A stretch of 64,000 nucleotides of DNA, taken from contig CAYZIS010000003.1 of assembly GCA_964478545.1 (NCBI GenBank), positions 65,941 to 129,940 of the forward strand, given 5' to 3'. The notes under the pieces are model-generated. The model had not been told where the DNA came from. It did not search any database and was given only the letters and a program-made list of their open reading frames with translations. Every line of letters starts with the position of its first letter. The first letter of the stretch is position 1. A program made the translations under genes and the position numbers. Shown here piece by piece: positions 21,493 to 32,251 of the stretch. The DNA is from an uncultured Thermodesulfobacteriota bacterium (GTDB lineage: Bacteria; Desulfobacterota; Anaeroferrophillalia; Anaeroferrophillales; Anaeroferrophillaceae).

Positions 21493-22026
21493 ATGAATAT
21501 ACGAACAGCTGAATGGAAAGATTTGGAAGCCATCGTTTCTATCTACAATCAGGCAGTAGGTGACGGGCAAAAAACAGCAGATATTATCCCGATCACTGTT
21601 GCCAGCCGTAAAAAATGGTTTGAAACTCATAATTCTCATACCTACCCGATTCTGATTGCTAAATATAACGATAAAATTGTCGGATACTTAGCTATCAGTG
21701 CATATCGTCCCGGACGCATGGCAGTTCGCCATACCGCAGAGGTAAGCTATTATGTCCATTTTGACTACCACCATCGGGGAATTGCATCAAATCTTCTGGA
21801 GCATGCTATTCATCTCTGCCCGTCTATCCACATAAAGACCTTATTTGCCATAATTATTGACAGCAATAGATATAGCATCAGGCTTTTGGAGAATTATGGC
21901 TTTAAGAAATGGGGACATATGCCACAAGTAGCGGAATTTGATAATCTCGAAGTAGGGCATCTTTACTACGGTTTGAGAATTGCAGGTATTATGGGTAAAA
22001 CAAGGAAGACAATACAATCAAAATGA
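21493..22026 (+). CDS. GNAT N-acetyltransferase (phosphinothricin/MSO acetyltransferase-like)
   Basis: 177 aa. GNAT core HHRGIASNLLEHAI. Overall it resembles the PAT/YncA family. Confidence 0.65.
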   Translation: MNIRTAEWKDLEAIVSIYNQAVGDGQKTADIIPITVASRKKWFETHNSHTYPILIAKYNDKIVGYLAISAYRPGRMAVRHTAEVSYYVHFDYHHRGIASNLLEHAIHLCPSIHIKTLFAIIIDSNRYSIRLLENYGFKKWGHMPQVAEFDNLEVGHLYYGLRIAGIMGKTRKTIQSK

Positions 22027-22443
22027 CAATTGCAGAAATCAAGATCGGATACCTGCCTGGCATCATTGGCAGGATAACAGAACTCCATGGAATCTATTAC
22101 CATATGTTCTGGAAATTCGGTTCATTTTTTGAAGCAAAGGTGGCTTCTGAACTTTCAACTTTCGTTAACCGATACGATGAGAATCAGAACCGCCTGTGCT
22201 CGGTCTTACTCGACGGATGGATAGAAGCTGCAATTGCTATTGATGGCATTGATGTCCATGGGAAGGGAGCACATCTTCGTTGGTTCATTGTGGCCAATCG
22301 GTTTCAGGGAACCGGCCAAGGATCCAGGCTTATTGAAGAGGCCATTTTATGAAAAACATGGTTTCTCGTTGGTGGAGCAGCGGGTGGGGTCGGAGTGGGG
22401 TACGGAGGTAACCGAGCAGCTATTTGAGCTGCGATTAGGATAG
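22023..22443 (+). pseudogene. GNAT acetyltransferase, frameshifted
   Basis: The N-terminal GNAT part (RWFIVANRFQGTGQGSRLIEEA) is in frame 22023..22352. The C-terminal motif YEKHGF continues in overlapping frame 22234..22443. Confidence 0.45.
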
Positions 22444-22492
22444 TAGAACATTAAAATTTATTCTCAGGCCAGGTATCCCTGTTCACTCTCGT

Positions 22493-22969
22493 TTATTGTT
22501 TTGGCCAGGTACTGTAAGGATTTTGGGATAGATAGGAATTATAATATCTTTTATCTCCTGACACTTCCTGCCCGATCCAGCCAGGCAAGGTAAAGTTTTC
22601 CTGCTCATTTTTGAGCTCGATTTCAGCCAGGACCAGCCCTTCGTTGGTATCATGGAAGACATCGATCTCCCATACATGGCCACCAAGGGGCAGGCGATAA
22701 CGGGTTTTATGAATCACTTGCCCCAGGCAAAACTCATCCAATATCTGCTCGGCATCGGCAACCGGCAGGGGATATTCAAATTCCAGTCGGCTGATGCCAG
22801 GTCTGGCGCTTTTAATGGTCAACCAGGCCAGTTCTCCGGCGATTCGAACACGTATGGCAGCCTTTTGTGTGTTTGCCATATAGCCCTGCAGCAGTCTGGT
22901 ACCCGCATCCGCCTGTGTCTTCCAAATCATGGAGTTTACCAGATATTTCCGCTCAATCTCGACAGCCAT
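22493..22969 (-). CDS. CYTH-domain protein (class IV adenylyl cyclase / triphosphatase family)
   Basis: N-terminal EIERKYLV signature of CYTH domains. Start taken at MAVEIERKYLV. Confidence 0.65.
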   Translation of the reverse strand: MAVEIERKYLVNSMIWKTQADAGTRLLQGYMANTQKAAIRVRIAGELAWLTIKSARPGISRLEFEYPLPVADAEQILDEFCLGQVIHKTRYRLPLGGHVWEIDVFHDTNEGLVLAEIELKNEQENFTLPGWIGQEVSGDKRYYNSYLSQNPYSTWPKQ

Positions 22970-23061
22970 TAATTTACTCCCTTTGTATCCAGATAAAATT
23001 ACGAATTTGATATTTATAACAAAATTCGATTCAAGGCGCAACTTGCCAATTCATAATCATA

Positions 23062-23305
23062 CTGGAATTCTGATATAAGATCTTATATTTTGTCAACTGA
23101 AGTTCCTTCAGGCACTTTTTTGCGCTCGATTGCCTATTTTTTCAACGGCTCATTACGCTGAAATTGCCAAACTCACTCTTTCAGGTCTCAGACAGGTCAA
23201 TTTCTATGCTCCATTCGCCGGAAAAAACAACGTCATCTCACGATATCGCGCTGGAAGGAACTTAACTTGGACATCCTGCAAAAGTTTCCTTATATCGGAA
23301 TTCCA
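23062..23305. mobile_element. MITE copy 2, GGAATTC-TIR family, inverted relative to copy 1
   Basis: 244 bp. About 90% identical to the reverse complement of 7173..7418. Terminal inverted repeats ctggaattctgatataag / ccttatatcggaattccag. Flanked by a 9-bp direct repeat ATAATCATA (23053-23061 and 23306-23314). Confidence 0.7.
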
Positions 23306-23432
23306 GATAATCATAGCTTCCACTTGACAGGGCAGGCAGGACAGAGGTAAGAATAAGATAAATGTGCTGCCACAGTCCTTTGCTCAAGCATCATACAAAA
23401 GCATTCAGATATAGCAAATAAGGAGCCCGCTC

Positions 23433-23882
23433 ATGAAAACGGCAAAAGAGATTATGACCACACCGGTAATCACGGTTACCCCTGAGCTTGATATCAAAAG
23501 TTTAGCAACTTTGCTTACCAAAAATCAAATCAGTGGTGCTCCGGTAGTCGATCAGGAGGGAAAACTGCTGGGAATTGTAACAGAAACTGATCTTTTATTT
23601 ACCGAAAAACCTTTAAATATCCCTAGTTTTTTTATCATTCTTGATACACTTGTTTATCTCGAAAACCCTTTCAAATTAGAGAAAGAATTGAAAGAACTTA
23701 CCGCCCGTACTGTTGCTGATATTTATACTCATGATTGTTTGACGGCTACAGCTGATACGCCAGTTGGCAAGGTTGCCAACCTGATGGTTACAGAAAAAAA
23801 ATATCTCTTGCCGGTTATTGACCAGCATAAAAAAGTACTCGGTATTATCAGTCGTACCGATATGATGTCCCTGATCAGCTGA
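23433..23882 (+). CDS. CBS-pair domain protein
   Basis: 149 aa with two CBS motifs (ISGAPVVDQEGKLLGIVTETD ; KYLLPVIDQHKKVLGIISRTD). Confidence 0.7.
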   Translation: MKTAKEIMTTPVITVTPELDIKSLATLLTKNQISGAPVVDQEGKLLGIVTETDLLFTEKPLNIPSFFIILDTLVYLENPFKLEKELKELTARTVADIYTHDCLTATADTPVGKVANLMVTEKKYLLPVIDQHKKVLGIISRTDMMSLIS

Positions 23883-23981
23883 AATTTGTTTACCCTATAG
23901 AACTTCAGTAGGAATTACAGCTTACTATGAAACATATTTTCCCAGCATGACTGGAGAAGAGAGCTTTATTACTCAGTCTTA

Positions 23982-24449
23982 TTGATTATTTTGCAAAAAT
24001 TGTCTAAAGTAGAACATATTATCAGCAGATCTCCGGATGAAACCATGAATTTCGGAGAAACATTGAGTCGTGGCTTGCTGCCAGGCTCTCATATTTTTGC
24101 TCTGTATGGAACATTAGGAGCGGGGAAAACGCTGCTTACCAAAGGCATTGCCCGGGGCCTGCAGGTTTCTGACTGGTATTACGTCAACAGTCCGACCTTT
24201 ACCCTGATAAATGAATATGAAGGTCGCTTGCCCTTGTACCATTTTGATCTTTACCGGCTAAATAACCAAGATGATTTGCTGGAAATCGGTTTTGAAGACT
24301 ATTTGCAAAAACCCGGAGTTGTGGTAATTGAATGGCCAGAAAAAGCTGGAGAAATGATACTGTTACTTGATTTTATCAGGATTGCTCTTGCTATTACCGG
24401 CGAAGAACAGCGCGAGATTATTAGCAGTATTAATAAATTATCAGATTAA
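23982..24449 (+). CDS. tsaE: tRNA threonylcarbamoyladenosine biosynthesis protein TsaE
   Basis: 155 aa. P-loop GTLGAGKT and SPTFTLINEY ... HFDLYRL, typical of YjeE/TsaE. Confidence 0.8.
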   Translation: MIILQKLSKVEHIISRSPDETMNFGETLSRGLLPGSHIFALYGTLGAGKTLLTKGIARGLQVSDWYYVNSPTFTLINEYEGRLPLYHFDLYRLNNQDDLLEIGFEDYLQKPGVVVIEWPEKAGEMILLLDFIRIALAITGEEQREIISSINKLSD

Positions 24450-24465
24450 TAATACTAAAGTTAAG

Positions 24466-24595
24466 CTTTTAGCGTTTAGCTTAGAAAAATCAGGATATTA
24501 CGTTAATGAGAAATAAGACCTAACGGGTGAAGGTTTTCAGTAGTAAACATCCTGTAATCATTAAACTAATAGCTAAAGGCTAATTGCTCGATTCA
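24466..24595. repeat. ~130-bp intergenic MITE-like repeat, family 2 copy a
   Basis: About 80% identical to the reverse complement of 28437..28566. The ends resemble ttagcgtttagcttag / ctaatagctaaaggctaa. Internal motif aacatcctgtaatcatt. Confidence 0.5.
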
Positions 24596-24627
24596 GGTAA
24601 TACCAAACAAACTAAGAGTTTATTATT

Positions 24628-25872
24628 ATGGCACTGATAGTACAAAAATATGGTGGAACGTCGGTGGGAAGCATTGAGCGGATTAAAAATGTTGCCCGCC
24701 GGATAATTGCCACCAAACGCCAAGGAAACCAGGTTATTGCCGTTCTTTCGGCAATGGCTGGAGAAACCAATCGTCTGCTGAAACTGGCCGGGCAGCTGGA
24801 AGCTGATCCTGGGAAAATGAGTGAACGGGAAATGGATGTCCTGGTTTCAACCGGAGAACAGGTTTCCATTGCCTTGATGTCTATGGCCATTGAGGCCATG
24901 GGGGAAAAAGCCTGTTCGTTTTTAGGCCACCAGGTACAAATACTTACTGACAATGCCTACACTCAAGCCAGAATTGAACAGATTGATCCCGAACGGATTC
25001 ATAAAGCTCTTTCAGAGGGGTGTATTGTTGTGATTGCCGGTTTTCAGGGAATTGATAAAGATGGAAATATCACTACTCTGGGTCGTGGTGGTTCTGATAC
25101 CAGCGCCGTAGCGGTAGCCACTTCAATGAAGGCTGATCTCTGCGAAATCTACACTGATGTTGACGGTATTTATACCACTGATCCGAATATTTGTCATCAG
25201 GCCCGCAAACTTGCCAAAATATCATATGATGAAATGCTGGAACTCGCCAGCCAAGGGGCCAAGGTATTACAAATCAGGTCGGTAGAATTTGCCAAAAAAT
25301 ATGAAATCCCCCTTCATGTGCGCTCTAGTTTTTCAGATGATGAGGGAACGGTAGTCTGCCAGGAGGATAAATCAATGGAAAAAGCCGTTGTTTCAGGAGT
25401 TACAGCCAATAAAAATGAGGCAAAGATTACTATACATGGGATTCCGGATCACCCGGGGATTGCCGCCACCATCTTTTCATCCATTGCGGATCGGGGAATT
25501 GTGGTGGATATGATCATCCAGAATATCTCTGAGGAAGGGTTGACCAACCTGACATTTACGGTTCCTAAAACTGAATATCAGCACTCTCTGTCCATCATCA
25601 ACGATATTTGTCGGCAAATAGGGGGCAATAGCGTTCTTGGTGATGAGAAAATAGCCAAGGTTTCGATTGTTGGAATCGGTATGCGTACCCATGCAAACGT
25701 TGCCTCCCGGATGTTTTCCGCCCTGGCCCGGGAAAATATTAATATCATGATGATCAGTACCTCCGAGATAAAAGTTTCCTGCGTTATTGCGGAAAAATAT
25801 ACTGAATTGGCAGTCAGGATTCTCCATGATGAGTTTCAGTTGGATCAAGACCCCGGTAGTGAGGAATACTAG
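24628..25872 (+). CDS. lysC: aspartate kinase
   Basis: 414 aa. Amino-acid kinase domain (KYGGTSV) plus two C-terminal ACT domains. Confidence 0.9.
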   Translation: MALIVQKYGGTSVGSIERIKNVARRIIATKRQGNQVIAVLSAMAGETNRLLKLAGQLEADPGKMSEREMDVLVSTGEQVSIALMSMAIEAMGEKACSFLGHQVQILTDNAYTQARIEQIDPERIHKALSEGCIVVIAGFQGIDKDGNITTLGRGGSDTSAVAVATSMKADLCEIYTDVDGIYTTDPNICHQARKLAKISYDEMLELASQGAKVLQIRSVEFAKKYEIPLHVRSSFSDDEGTVVCQEDKSMEKAVVSGVTANKNEAKITIHGIPDHPGIAATIFSSIADRGIVVDMIIQNISEEGLTNLTFTVPKTEYQHSLSIINDICRQIGGNSVLGDEKIAKVSIVGIGMRTHANVASRMFSALARENINIMMISTSEIKVSCVIAEKYTELAVRILHDEFQLDQDPGSEEY

Positions 25873-25875
25873 CAT

Positions 25876-27468
25876 ATGGCCATAATAAAAATATATGATA
25901 CGACCCTGCGTGATGGTACTCAAGCGGAAGATATTTCCCTGATGGCCGTTGATAAAGTCCGTATAGCGCGAAAGCTGGATGAATTCGGCATTCACTATAT
26001 TGAGGGAGGTTGGCCAGGATCCAACCCCAAAGATATGACTTTTTTTAAACAGATTAAAAAAGTCTCCCTGAAAACAGCAAAGATTACCGCTTTTGGCAGT
26101 ACACGTAGAATTGAAAACCAAGCCGGGAATGATCCAAACCTGCAGGCAATTATTGCTTCTGGAGTAAAAGTAGCGACAATTTTTGGTAAATCATGGGATT
26201 TTCATGTTACCAATGCCCTGAATATCAGTCTTGTTGACAATCTGACGGTTATTGAAGATTCGCTTTCCTACTTGAAAGCACAGATGGCTGAAGTCATTTA
26301 TGATGCAGAGCATTTTTTTGATGGATTTAAACACAATAGGGAATACGCCCTGGAAACATTGAGGGCGGCAATCCGTGGTGGGGCTGATTGCCTGGTCTTA
26401 TGTGACACCAATGGTGGTACCTTGCCTTTTGAACTGACTGACATTATCAAGCAGACGAAAAAAGAGCTGAAATCTCTTAAACAGCACTTGGGAATTCATG
26501 TACATAATGATTCCGGGGTAGCGGTAGCCAATTCATTAATGGCCGTAACTTGTGGTGTCACTCATATCCAGGGAACGATAAACGGCTTCGGTGAGCGCTG
26601 TGGAAATGCCGATCTGATTTCTATTATCCCCAGTTTACAGCTGAAGATGGGTCATAAAATACTGAAAAAGGAAAATCTACAAAAGCTTGCTTCTTTGTCG
26701 CGCTATGTGGACGAAATTGCCAATAAGCGTCATAACAATAAACAGCCTTTTGTCGGTATGAGTGCCTTCGCCCATAAAGGTGGCATTCATGTCAGTGCGG
26801 TACAGAAAGACCCCCTGACCTATGAACATATTTCACCTGATTGGGTTGGAAACCGGCGGCGGGTGCTGGTTTCGGATCTATCGGGCCGCAGCAATATTTT
26901 ATATAAAGCCCAGGAATATAATCTGGATGTGGGTGACGATGAACAGACCCGCAAAATTCTTGAACGGATTAAAGACCTGGAAAACCGGGGGTTCCAGTTT
27001 GAAGGAGCTGAAGCATCTTTTGAATTGCTGGTAAAAAAGACCATGGGTACCTATAAACCTTTTTTCAATCTGCTGGGTTTTCGGGTAATCATTGAGAAAT
27101 TTCGCCGAACCCGGGTTCCGCTTTCCGAAGCGACGGTCATGCTGCGGGTCAACAAACATGTTGAGCATACGGCCGCAATCGGTGACGGTCCAGTTGAAGC
27201 CCTGGATAAAGCCCTGCGCAATGCCCTGGAAAAATTCTATCCCGTTTTAAAAGAAATCAAGTTAACCGACTACAAGGTCAGAATACTTTCTTCTGACAAA
27301 GGTACGAAAGCCGTTACCAGGGTACTCATTGAAACCACTGATGCTGCTGGAAACAAGTGGGGGACGGTTGGCGTATCCACTAATATCATTGAAGCCAGCT
27401 GGCAGGCTTTAGTTGATAGTATCGAATATAAACTGATCCAGAGTATGGACAATGAACATGATGTATGA
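25876..27468 (+). CDS. cimA: (R)-citramalate synthase / 2-isopropylmalate synthase family
   Basis: 530 aa. LeuA-like HMGL TIM barrel ([11 protein letters not shown]) and a LeuA dimerisation C-terminus. Adjacent to lysC, as I recall for Geobacter cimA. Confidence 0.75.
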   Translation: MAIIKIYDTTLRDGTQAEDISLMAVDKVRIARKLDEFGIHYIEGGWPGSNPKDMTFFKQIKKVSLKTAKITAFGSTRRIENQAGNDPNLQAIIASGVKVATIFGKSWDFHVTNALNISLVDNLTVIEDSLSYLKAQMAEVIYDAEHFFDGFKHNREYALETLRAAIRGGADCLVLCDTNGGTLPFELTDIIKQTKKELKSLKQHLGIHVHNDSGVAVANSLMAVTCGVTHIQGTINGFGERCGNADLISIIPSLQLKMGHKILKKENLQKLASLSRYVDEIANKRHNNKQPFVGMSAFAHKGGIHVSAVQKDPLTYEHISPDWVGNRRRVLVSDLSGRSNILYKAQEYNLDVGDDEQTRKILERIKDLENRGFQFEGAEASFELLVKKTMGTYKPFFNLLGFRVIIEKFRRTRVPLSEATVMLRVNKHVEHTAAIGDGPVEALDKALRNALEKFYPVLKEIKLTDYKVRILSSDKGTKAVTRVLIETTDAAGNKWGTVGVSTNIIEASWQALVDSIEYKLIQSMDNEHDV

Positions 27469-27952
27469 AGTCGCCATTCTGACGGTCAGTGACCGGGGTT
27501 CCGCCGGCCTAAGAGAGGATTTGAGCGGCCCGGCCATCCGTGATTTCCTCAACTCCGCAAAAGTCAATTTTAAGCTTAGATCCCAGAAAATTGTCCCCGA
27601 TGAACAGAAAAAGATTATTCAAGTGCTTCGTTTATGGTCTGATGATCATATTCCCCTGATTCTCACCACTGGCGGCACCGGATTTTCACCCCGCGATATA
27701 ACCCCAGAAGCCACCCTTGCAGTTATTGAACGTCAAGCCCCCGGGTTTGCTGAAGCCATGCGGAGTGAAAGCCAAAAAATTACCCCCCATGCAATGATTT
27801 CTCGGGCGGTATCCGGCATTCGAAAACAAAGCCTGATTATTAACCTGCCTGGGAGCGTAAAAGGAGTTCAGGAATGCCTGGCGGTAATTTTGCCGGCTCT
27901 TCCCCATGCCCTGGATAAACTGATGGGAGACCAATCAGATTGTGGCCGCTGA
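27452..27952 (+). CDS. mog: molybdopterin adenylyltransferase MogA/MoaB family
   Basis: 166 aa. MoCF_biosynth fold ([11 protein letters not shown] ... [11 protein letters not shown]). Confidence 0.75.
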   Translation: MNMMYEVAILTVSDRGSAGLREDLSGPAIRDFLNSAKVNFKLRSQKIVPDEQKKIIQVLRLWSDDHIPLILTTGGTGFSPRDITPEATLAVIERQAPGFAEAMRSESQKITPHAMISRAVSGIRKQSLIINLPGSVKGVQECLAVILPALPHALDKLMGDQSDCGR

Positions 27953-28427
27953 GGATGAATCTTTTCAACTGGAGTTACGACCGGCAGCCGTTGTTGACCT
28001 GGAGGAAATAATTGCCCTCGACCGGCAGTCTTTTCCCATGGCCTGGAGCCGGAAGATGTTTCTTGATGAACTGTCCGGTGACGATAAACGCCTTTATGGT
28101 GTATTCCCGTCAAACCTGGATATGTCACCATTGCTGTTGGGTTTTATCTGTTTTCACCATTGTCTTGATGAGGGTAGCCTGCTTAGGCTTGCGGTGCATC
28201 CTGATAAAAAGAGAAAAGGGATTGCCTCCTTTCTTATCCGGGAAATGATGGTTTTGCTCAAGGATAAGAAAGTTAAGGAAATATTTCTTGAAGTTGGAGC
28301 TGCAAATCATGCCGCTCAAAGGTTATACCGTTCTTTTGACTTTCAGCTTATTGGCAGACGTCCTGAATATTATTCCGGCAATCGTGAAGATGCCCTGATA
28401 ATGAAAGCAATGTTATCCCTAAATTAA
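27942..28427 (+). CDS. rimI: ribosomal-protein-alanine N-acetyltransferase
   Basis: 161 aa. GNAT core (KKRKGIASFLI) and RimI-like length and context. Confidence 0.65.
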   Translation: MAAEDESFQLELRPAAVVDLEEIIALDRQSFPMAWSRKMFLDELSGDDKRLYGVFPSNLDMSPLLLGFICFHHCLDEGSLLRLAVHPDKKRKGIASFLIREMMVLLKDKKVKEIFLEVGAANHAAQRLYRSFDFQLIGRRPEYYSGNREDALIMKAMLSLN

Positions 28428-28436
28428 GCTATTAAT

Positions 28437-28566
28437 TTTTAGCAGTTAGCTATTAGTTTAATGATTACATGATGTTGACATTGCACACTTTCACCCGTTG
28501 GGCGTTATTTCTCATTAACGAAATGCCTTGGTTTTTCAAAGCTAAATGCTAATAGCTGACCGCTAA
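28437..28566. repeat. ~130-bp intergenic MITE-like repeat, family 2 copy b
   Basis: Terminal inverted repeats ttagcagttagctattag / ctaatagctgaccgctaa. Internal motifs tacatgatgtt and tatttctcattaacg. Reverse-complement match to 24466..24595. Confidence 0.5.
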
Positions 28567-28587
28567 TCGCTCAAGTTAGGTTATAAT

Positions 28588-29403
28588 ATGTTTCTTTTCC
28601 ACAGCACGGTACTTTGCCTGACAGAGATCACTCCTGATACGTTCAGGATCCTACTTTCCAGTCCGGAAAACTTTACCCGGCAGTTTATCCCCGGACAATT
28701 TGTTATGGTAAGTGTTGCCGGGCCATCCCATCTTGATCCTTTATTGAAACGACCTTTCAGTATCAGTCGGCTCAGGCCTGATGGTTTTGAACTGCTGATA
28801 AAAGTTGTTGGCCGGGGAACCAAAATTCTTCAGCATATGGCCATCGGCACATTATTGTCACTTCATGGGCCACTAGGGAATGGATATCCTGTTAAAATCA
28901 TGGAGAAAGACAGGAAAATCATGCTGGTTGCCGGTGGGATTGGCATCGCCTCAATAATCAGTTTGCTGGACTACTGCCTTGACTCTGCATATCCACTGAA
29001 AAATATCAACCTGATACTGGGGGCCAGGACTGCCTGTGAATTGATCTCTATTGATGAATTCCTGGAACTGGCTGAAAAAGGATTAACTCTGTCTATAGCC
29101 ACAGATGATGGAAGCAGGGGACACCGGGGCATGGTAACCGACCTGGTTTCCCGGCAATTACAAAATACTAAGGATAACCCGATTATCTTTTCATGTGGAC
29201 CATTGCCCATGCTGACTGCCCTCGGGAAGCTGGCCATGGAGGTATCCTGTTCCTGCTACCTCAGTTTGGAAAGCCGCATGGCTTGCGGTTTTGGCGTCTG
29301 CCTTGGATGTGTAACCAGGAAAAAAACGAAAGATGACAGGCATCCATGGGTTAAAGTTTGCCATGATGGACCTATTTTTGATGCTGCAACCTTGATGTTG
29401 TAG
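28588..29403 (+). CDS. pyrK: dihydroorotate dehydrogenase electron-transfer subunit
   Basis: 271 aa. FAD/NAD-binding ferredoxin-reductase fold and a C-terminal 2Fe-2S cysteine cluster (CGFGVCLGC). Confidence 0.85.
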   Translation: MFLFHSTVLCLTEITPDTFRILLSSPENFTRQFIPGQFVMVSVAGPSHLDPLLKRPFSISRLRPDGFELLIKVVGRGTKILQHMAIGTLLSLHGPLGNGYPVKIMEKDRKIMLVAGGIGIASIISLLDYCLDSAYPLKNINLILGARTACELISIDEFLELAEKGLTLSIATDDGSRGHRGMVTDLVSRQLQNTKDNPIIFSCGPLPMLTALGKLAMEVSCSCYLSLESRMACGFGVCLGCVTRKKTKDDRHPWVKVCHDGPIFDAATLML

Positions 29404-29718
29404 TTTCCATCTGGAAACCAATGTTTCCGAATGGGCAATCAGCTCTCAGCTTTCTGCAGTCAGCTTAACCATTTATTTTTCTAATGTTTTACTGACAGTT
29501 GATTGCCGAGATGTAAGCTTTCAATAGCTAATTTTCAAACTGTTTCGATTGAGGTCAGTGCTTGATTACCGGCGGCAAGAAATCACCTTGAAATATCGGA
29601 ATCCAGACCCGCCGGTTGTCAAGCTTTGACCCCGTTGAAGAGGGCAAAGCAAAGTTCGATACTTTTCATGGCAAATTAACTGCCAAAACAGCTGTCTGAA
29701 TAGTTGCAAAAAAATACT

Positions 29719-30645
29719 ATGGCCGATCTTTCTGTATCTCTTGCGTCTGAATTATGTTTGAAAAACCCAGTCATGACCGCTTCCGGAACCTTTGGCTATG
29801 GTCGTGAATATGAACCATATCTTGAATTGGGCAAACTTGGAGCAGTCGTCACCAAGGGCCTTTCCTTGTTGCCTAAGCCCGGGAATGAACCTCCCAGAAT
29901 CGTGGAAACTCCCTGCGGCATGCTGAATGCTATTGGTTTGGAAAATATTGGGGTTGAGGCATTTTTGAATGATGAATTACCTGTTCTGAAGGCTGCTCAG
30001 GCAACTGTGGTGGTGAATTTTTTCGGAGAAACCATTGATGAGTATGAAGAACTGGCTGGAATTCTGGATCAGGAAATAGGAATTGACGCCCTAGAAATCA
30101 ATATTTCATGTCCCAATGTGAAAGCTGGCGGCCTGCAATTTGGTACGGATCCACGGATGGCAGCTAACCTGGTTGCCGCTGTCCGTCGCCGGACAAGCTT
30201 GCCGCTGATTACCAAATTATCCCCAAATGTTACTGATATTGTCAGTATTGCCATGGCAGTGGAAGCGGCTGGTACCGACTGCGTTTCTCTTGTTAATACG
30301 TTGACTGGGATGGCGGTTGATCTTCAGAGCAGCAGGCCTGTTTTAACTAATATCACCGGTGGACTTTCAGGTCCGGCAATTAAGCCAATAGCTTTGCGGA
30401 TGGTATATCAGGTCGCCAGAAACGTAAATATTCCGGTGATTGGTATCGGGGGAATTTCATCAGCGAACGATGCCCTGGAATTTCTTCTGGTGGGGGCAAC
30501 TGCCATTCAGGTGGGAACCTGCAATTTTATAAATCCTGCCATTACTGCTGAAATTGTTGATGATATCGAAACTTTTCTACATAACCGCTCAATCAGTCAT
30601 GTCAACGATTTTATCGGCTCGCTGAAACTTTCTTCATCAAATTGA
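29719..30645 (+). CDS. pyrD: dihydroorotate dehydrogenase catalytic subunit (class 1B)
   Basis: DHODH class 1 TIM barrel (NPVMTASGTFGYG ... NISCPN). Start taken at MADLSVS. Confidence 0.85.
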   Translation: MADLSVSLASELCLKNPVMTASGTFGYGREYEPYLELGKLGAVVTKGLSLLPKPGNEPPRIVETPCGMLNAIGLENIGVEAFLNDELPVLKAAQATVVVNFFGETIDEYEELAGILDQEIGIDALEINISCPNVKAGGLQFGTDPRMAANLVAAVRRRTSLPLITKLSPNVTDIVSIAMAVEAAGTDCVSLVNTLTGMAVDLQSSRPVLTNITGGLSGPAIKPIALRMVYQVARNVNIPVIGIGGISSANDALEFLLVGATAIQVGTCNFINPAITAEIVDDIETFLHNRSISHVNDFIGSLKLSSSN

Positions 30646-31041
30646 GGCTGGCATGGATTTTCTGCGCTTCAAAGTACGACGATTAATATATGACAAGATA
30701 GCAGAACGGCGGGATTCCTTGATAAATTTAAATTCTACGGCAATCAGATAATGTGGCAGATGATTCTCCTGCTTTAATTCCTGTTCTTTACTCCTGATGA
30801 CCCGGGCGAGAAAATCCCCTTGTAAATCAGTTCCTTTTCCTGTCTCAAACCTGATAATAATCAATGTTCCATGACGAAGTAAAGGGCAGGGGGTTGTAAA
30901 CAACATGCCACCGCCGCCCAGATTAACTGCTTTTCCAAGATAAGGACCTAATAACTGGTTTTTCTTATTGATAGTGCTAAATTCCATCGAAAGAATGAGG
31001 GGAAATCGGAGGAATCCGCGACGGTTATCATCCATAATCAA
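30637..31041 (-). CDS. PilZ-domain protein (putative c-di-GMP receptor)
   Basis: 134 aa. RRGFLRFPL (RxxxR) and NLGGGGML (D/NxSxGG-like) motifs. Starts 10 nt after the lapB stop. Confidence 0.6.
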   Translation of the reverse strand: MIMDDNRRGFLRFPLILSMEFSTINKKNQLLGPYLGKAVNLGGGGMLFTTPCPLLRHGTLIIIRFETGKGTDLQGDFLARVIRSKEQELKQENHLPHYLIAVEFKFIKESRRSAILSYINRRTLKRRKSMPASI

Positions 31042-31050
31042 ATTTGCCTT

Positions 31051-32247
31051 TTATCGGGGGCCGATAGTATCCCAATGGGCACATTTGGGACACTTCCATA
31101 CCACTTCATCAAGTTGATAACCGCATTGACAGCATTGATATGGTTTATTGACAGGCTTGTATGTATCAAAAAAGTTCTGTAAAAACCATTGATATTCCCC
31201 ACAGTTTTCTGTTGTCCGAACCAGTTTTGCCACTACGGCAAAAATTCCCGCAGCATCAGGTTTTGTCGCCAAAATCCGTTTTATCCAGTCAGCAGCTTCG
31301 TTTGTACGGCTATTATCCAACAAAAAGTTACTATAACAAAGAATAAAATGGATATTATCTGAATATTTATCCAGATAATATCGGTAAAATTCATCCTTTA
31401 GCTGGTTAGTTCTTTCAGGAGGCAGCTGGGAAAAACGACGAACAACCAACGATACCAACTCAGGATTAAGCTCAAAAGCTTTTCTCCATGATTTTAGCGC
31501 CTCTTGCTCTTTTCCCGTTCTTGCCTGCAAATCCCCCAGATGCAACCATGCATCCATACAGTTTTCATTGATGCCAATTGCCCGACGATAGAAACCCGCA
31601 GCCTTAGTATTATTACCAGATTGATCGGCCTCCTTTGCCATTTCAGTGGTCAAATGTGCCAGAATATTATGGGAATCATCAGTATCGCTTAATTCAGAAA
31701 GTTTTTTCTGAACCATGATGGCTTTATCCCATTCACGACATAATTCATAAATGCCGCCCAACTCATGTAAAGCATTGAGATAGGTTGGTGCTTTTTCATG
31801 CAATTCTTCAAAAGTTTTTCCGGCCCGTTCAATGAGACCGGCTTTTTTATAATCCAGGCCAATTTCAAACATAGTCTGTAACGTAATATCTTCAGGGAGG
31901 GAAGAACGCAGAAGGAGATTACGATGAATTCTAATAGCGCGGTCAACTTCACCAGTGTTGCGAAATAATTGGCCAAGCGCCAGATAAATTTCGCTGGTGG
32001 CTGAACTCATCTGGGCGACTTTAATGAATTCAACCAGTGCCCGGTCGGTTTCGTTGGACAGAATGTAGGATAAGCCCCTGAAGTAGGAACGGAGAAGAAT
32101 TTCCTGATCTTCAGATGCCCTGTTGTCTTTCGATATATTATCTGGCTGTTTGCTACGGATGGAGGAGGAAAACTTTTGTTTCAGCAACAAAAGAAGAGTC
32201 AAAAGAAGAAGGACCAGCACAATACCGGCAATCAGGAAAATATTCAT
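31051..32247 (-). CDS. lapB: lipopolysaccharide assembly protein LapB (YciM)
   Basis: 398 aa. N-terminal TM helix, multiple TPR repeats and a C-terminal rubredoxin-like CxxC...CxxC zinc finger (CCQCG ... CPKCAHW). Directly downstream of a LapA-like gene. Confidence 0.75.
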   Translation of the reverse strand: MNIFLIAGIVLVLLLLTLLLLLKQKFSSSIRSKQPDNISKDNRASEDQEILLRSYFRGLSYILSNETDRALVEFIKVAQMSSATSEIYLALGQLFRNTGEVDRAIRIHRNLLLRSSLPEDITLQTMFEIGLDYKKAGLIERAGKTFEELHEKAPTYLNALHELGGIYELCREWDKAIMVQKKLSELSDTDDSHNILAHLTTEMAKEADQSGNNTKAAGFYRRAIGINENCMDAWLHLGDLQARTGKEQEALKSWRKAFELNPELVSLVVRRFSQLPPERTNQLKDEFYRYYLDKYSDNIHFILCYSNFLLDNSRTNEAADWIKRILATKPDAAGIFAVVAKLVRTTENCGEYQWFLQNFFDTYKPVNKPYQCCQCGYQLDEVVWKCPKCAHWDTIGPR

Positions 32248-32251
32248 ATAA

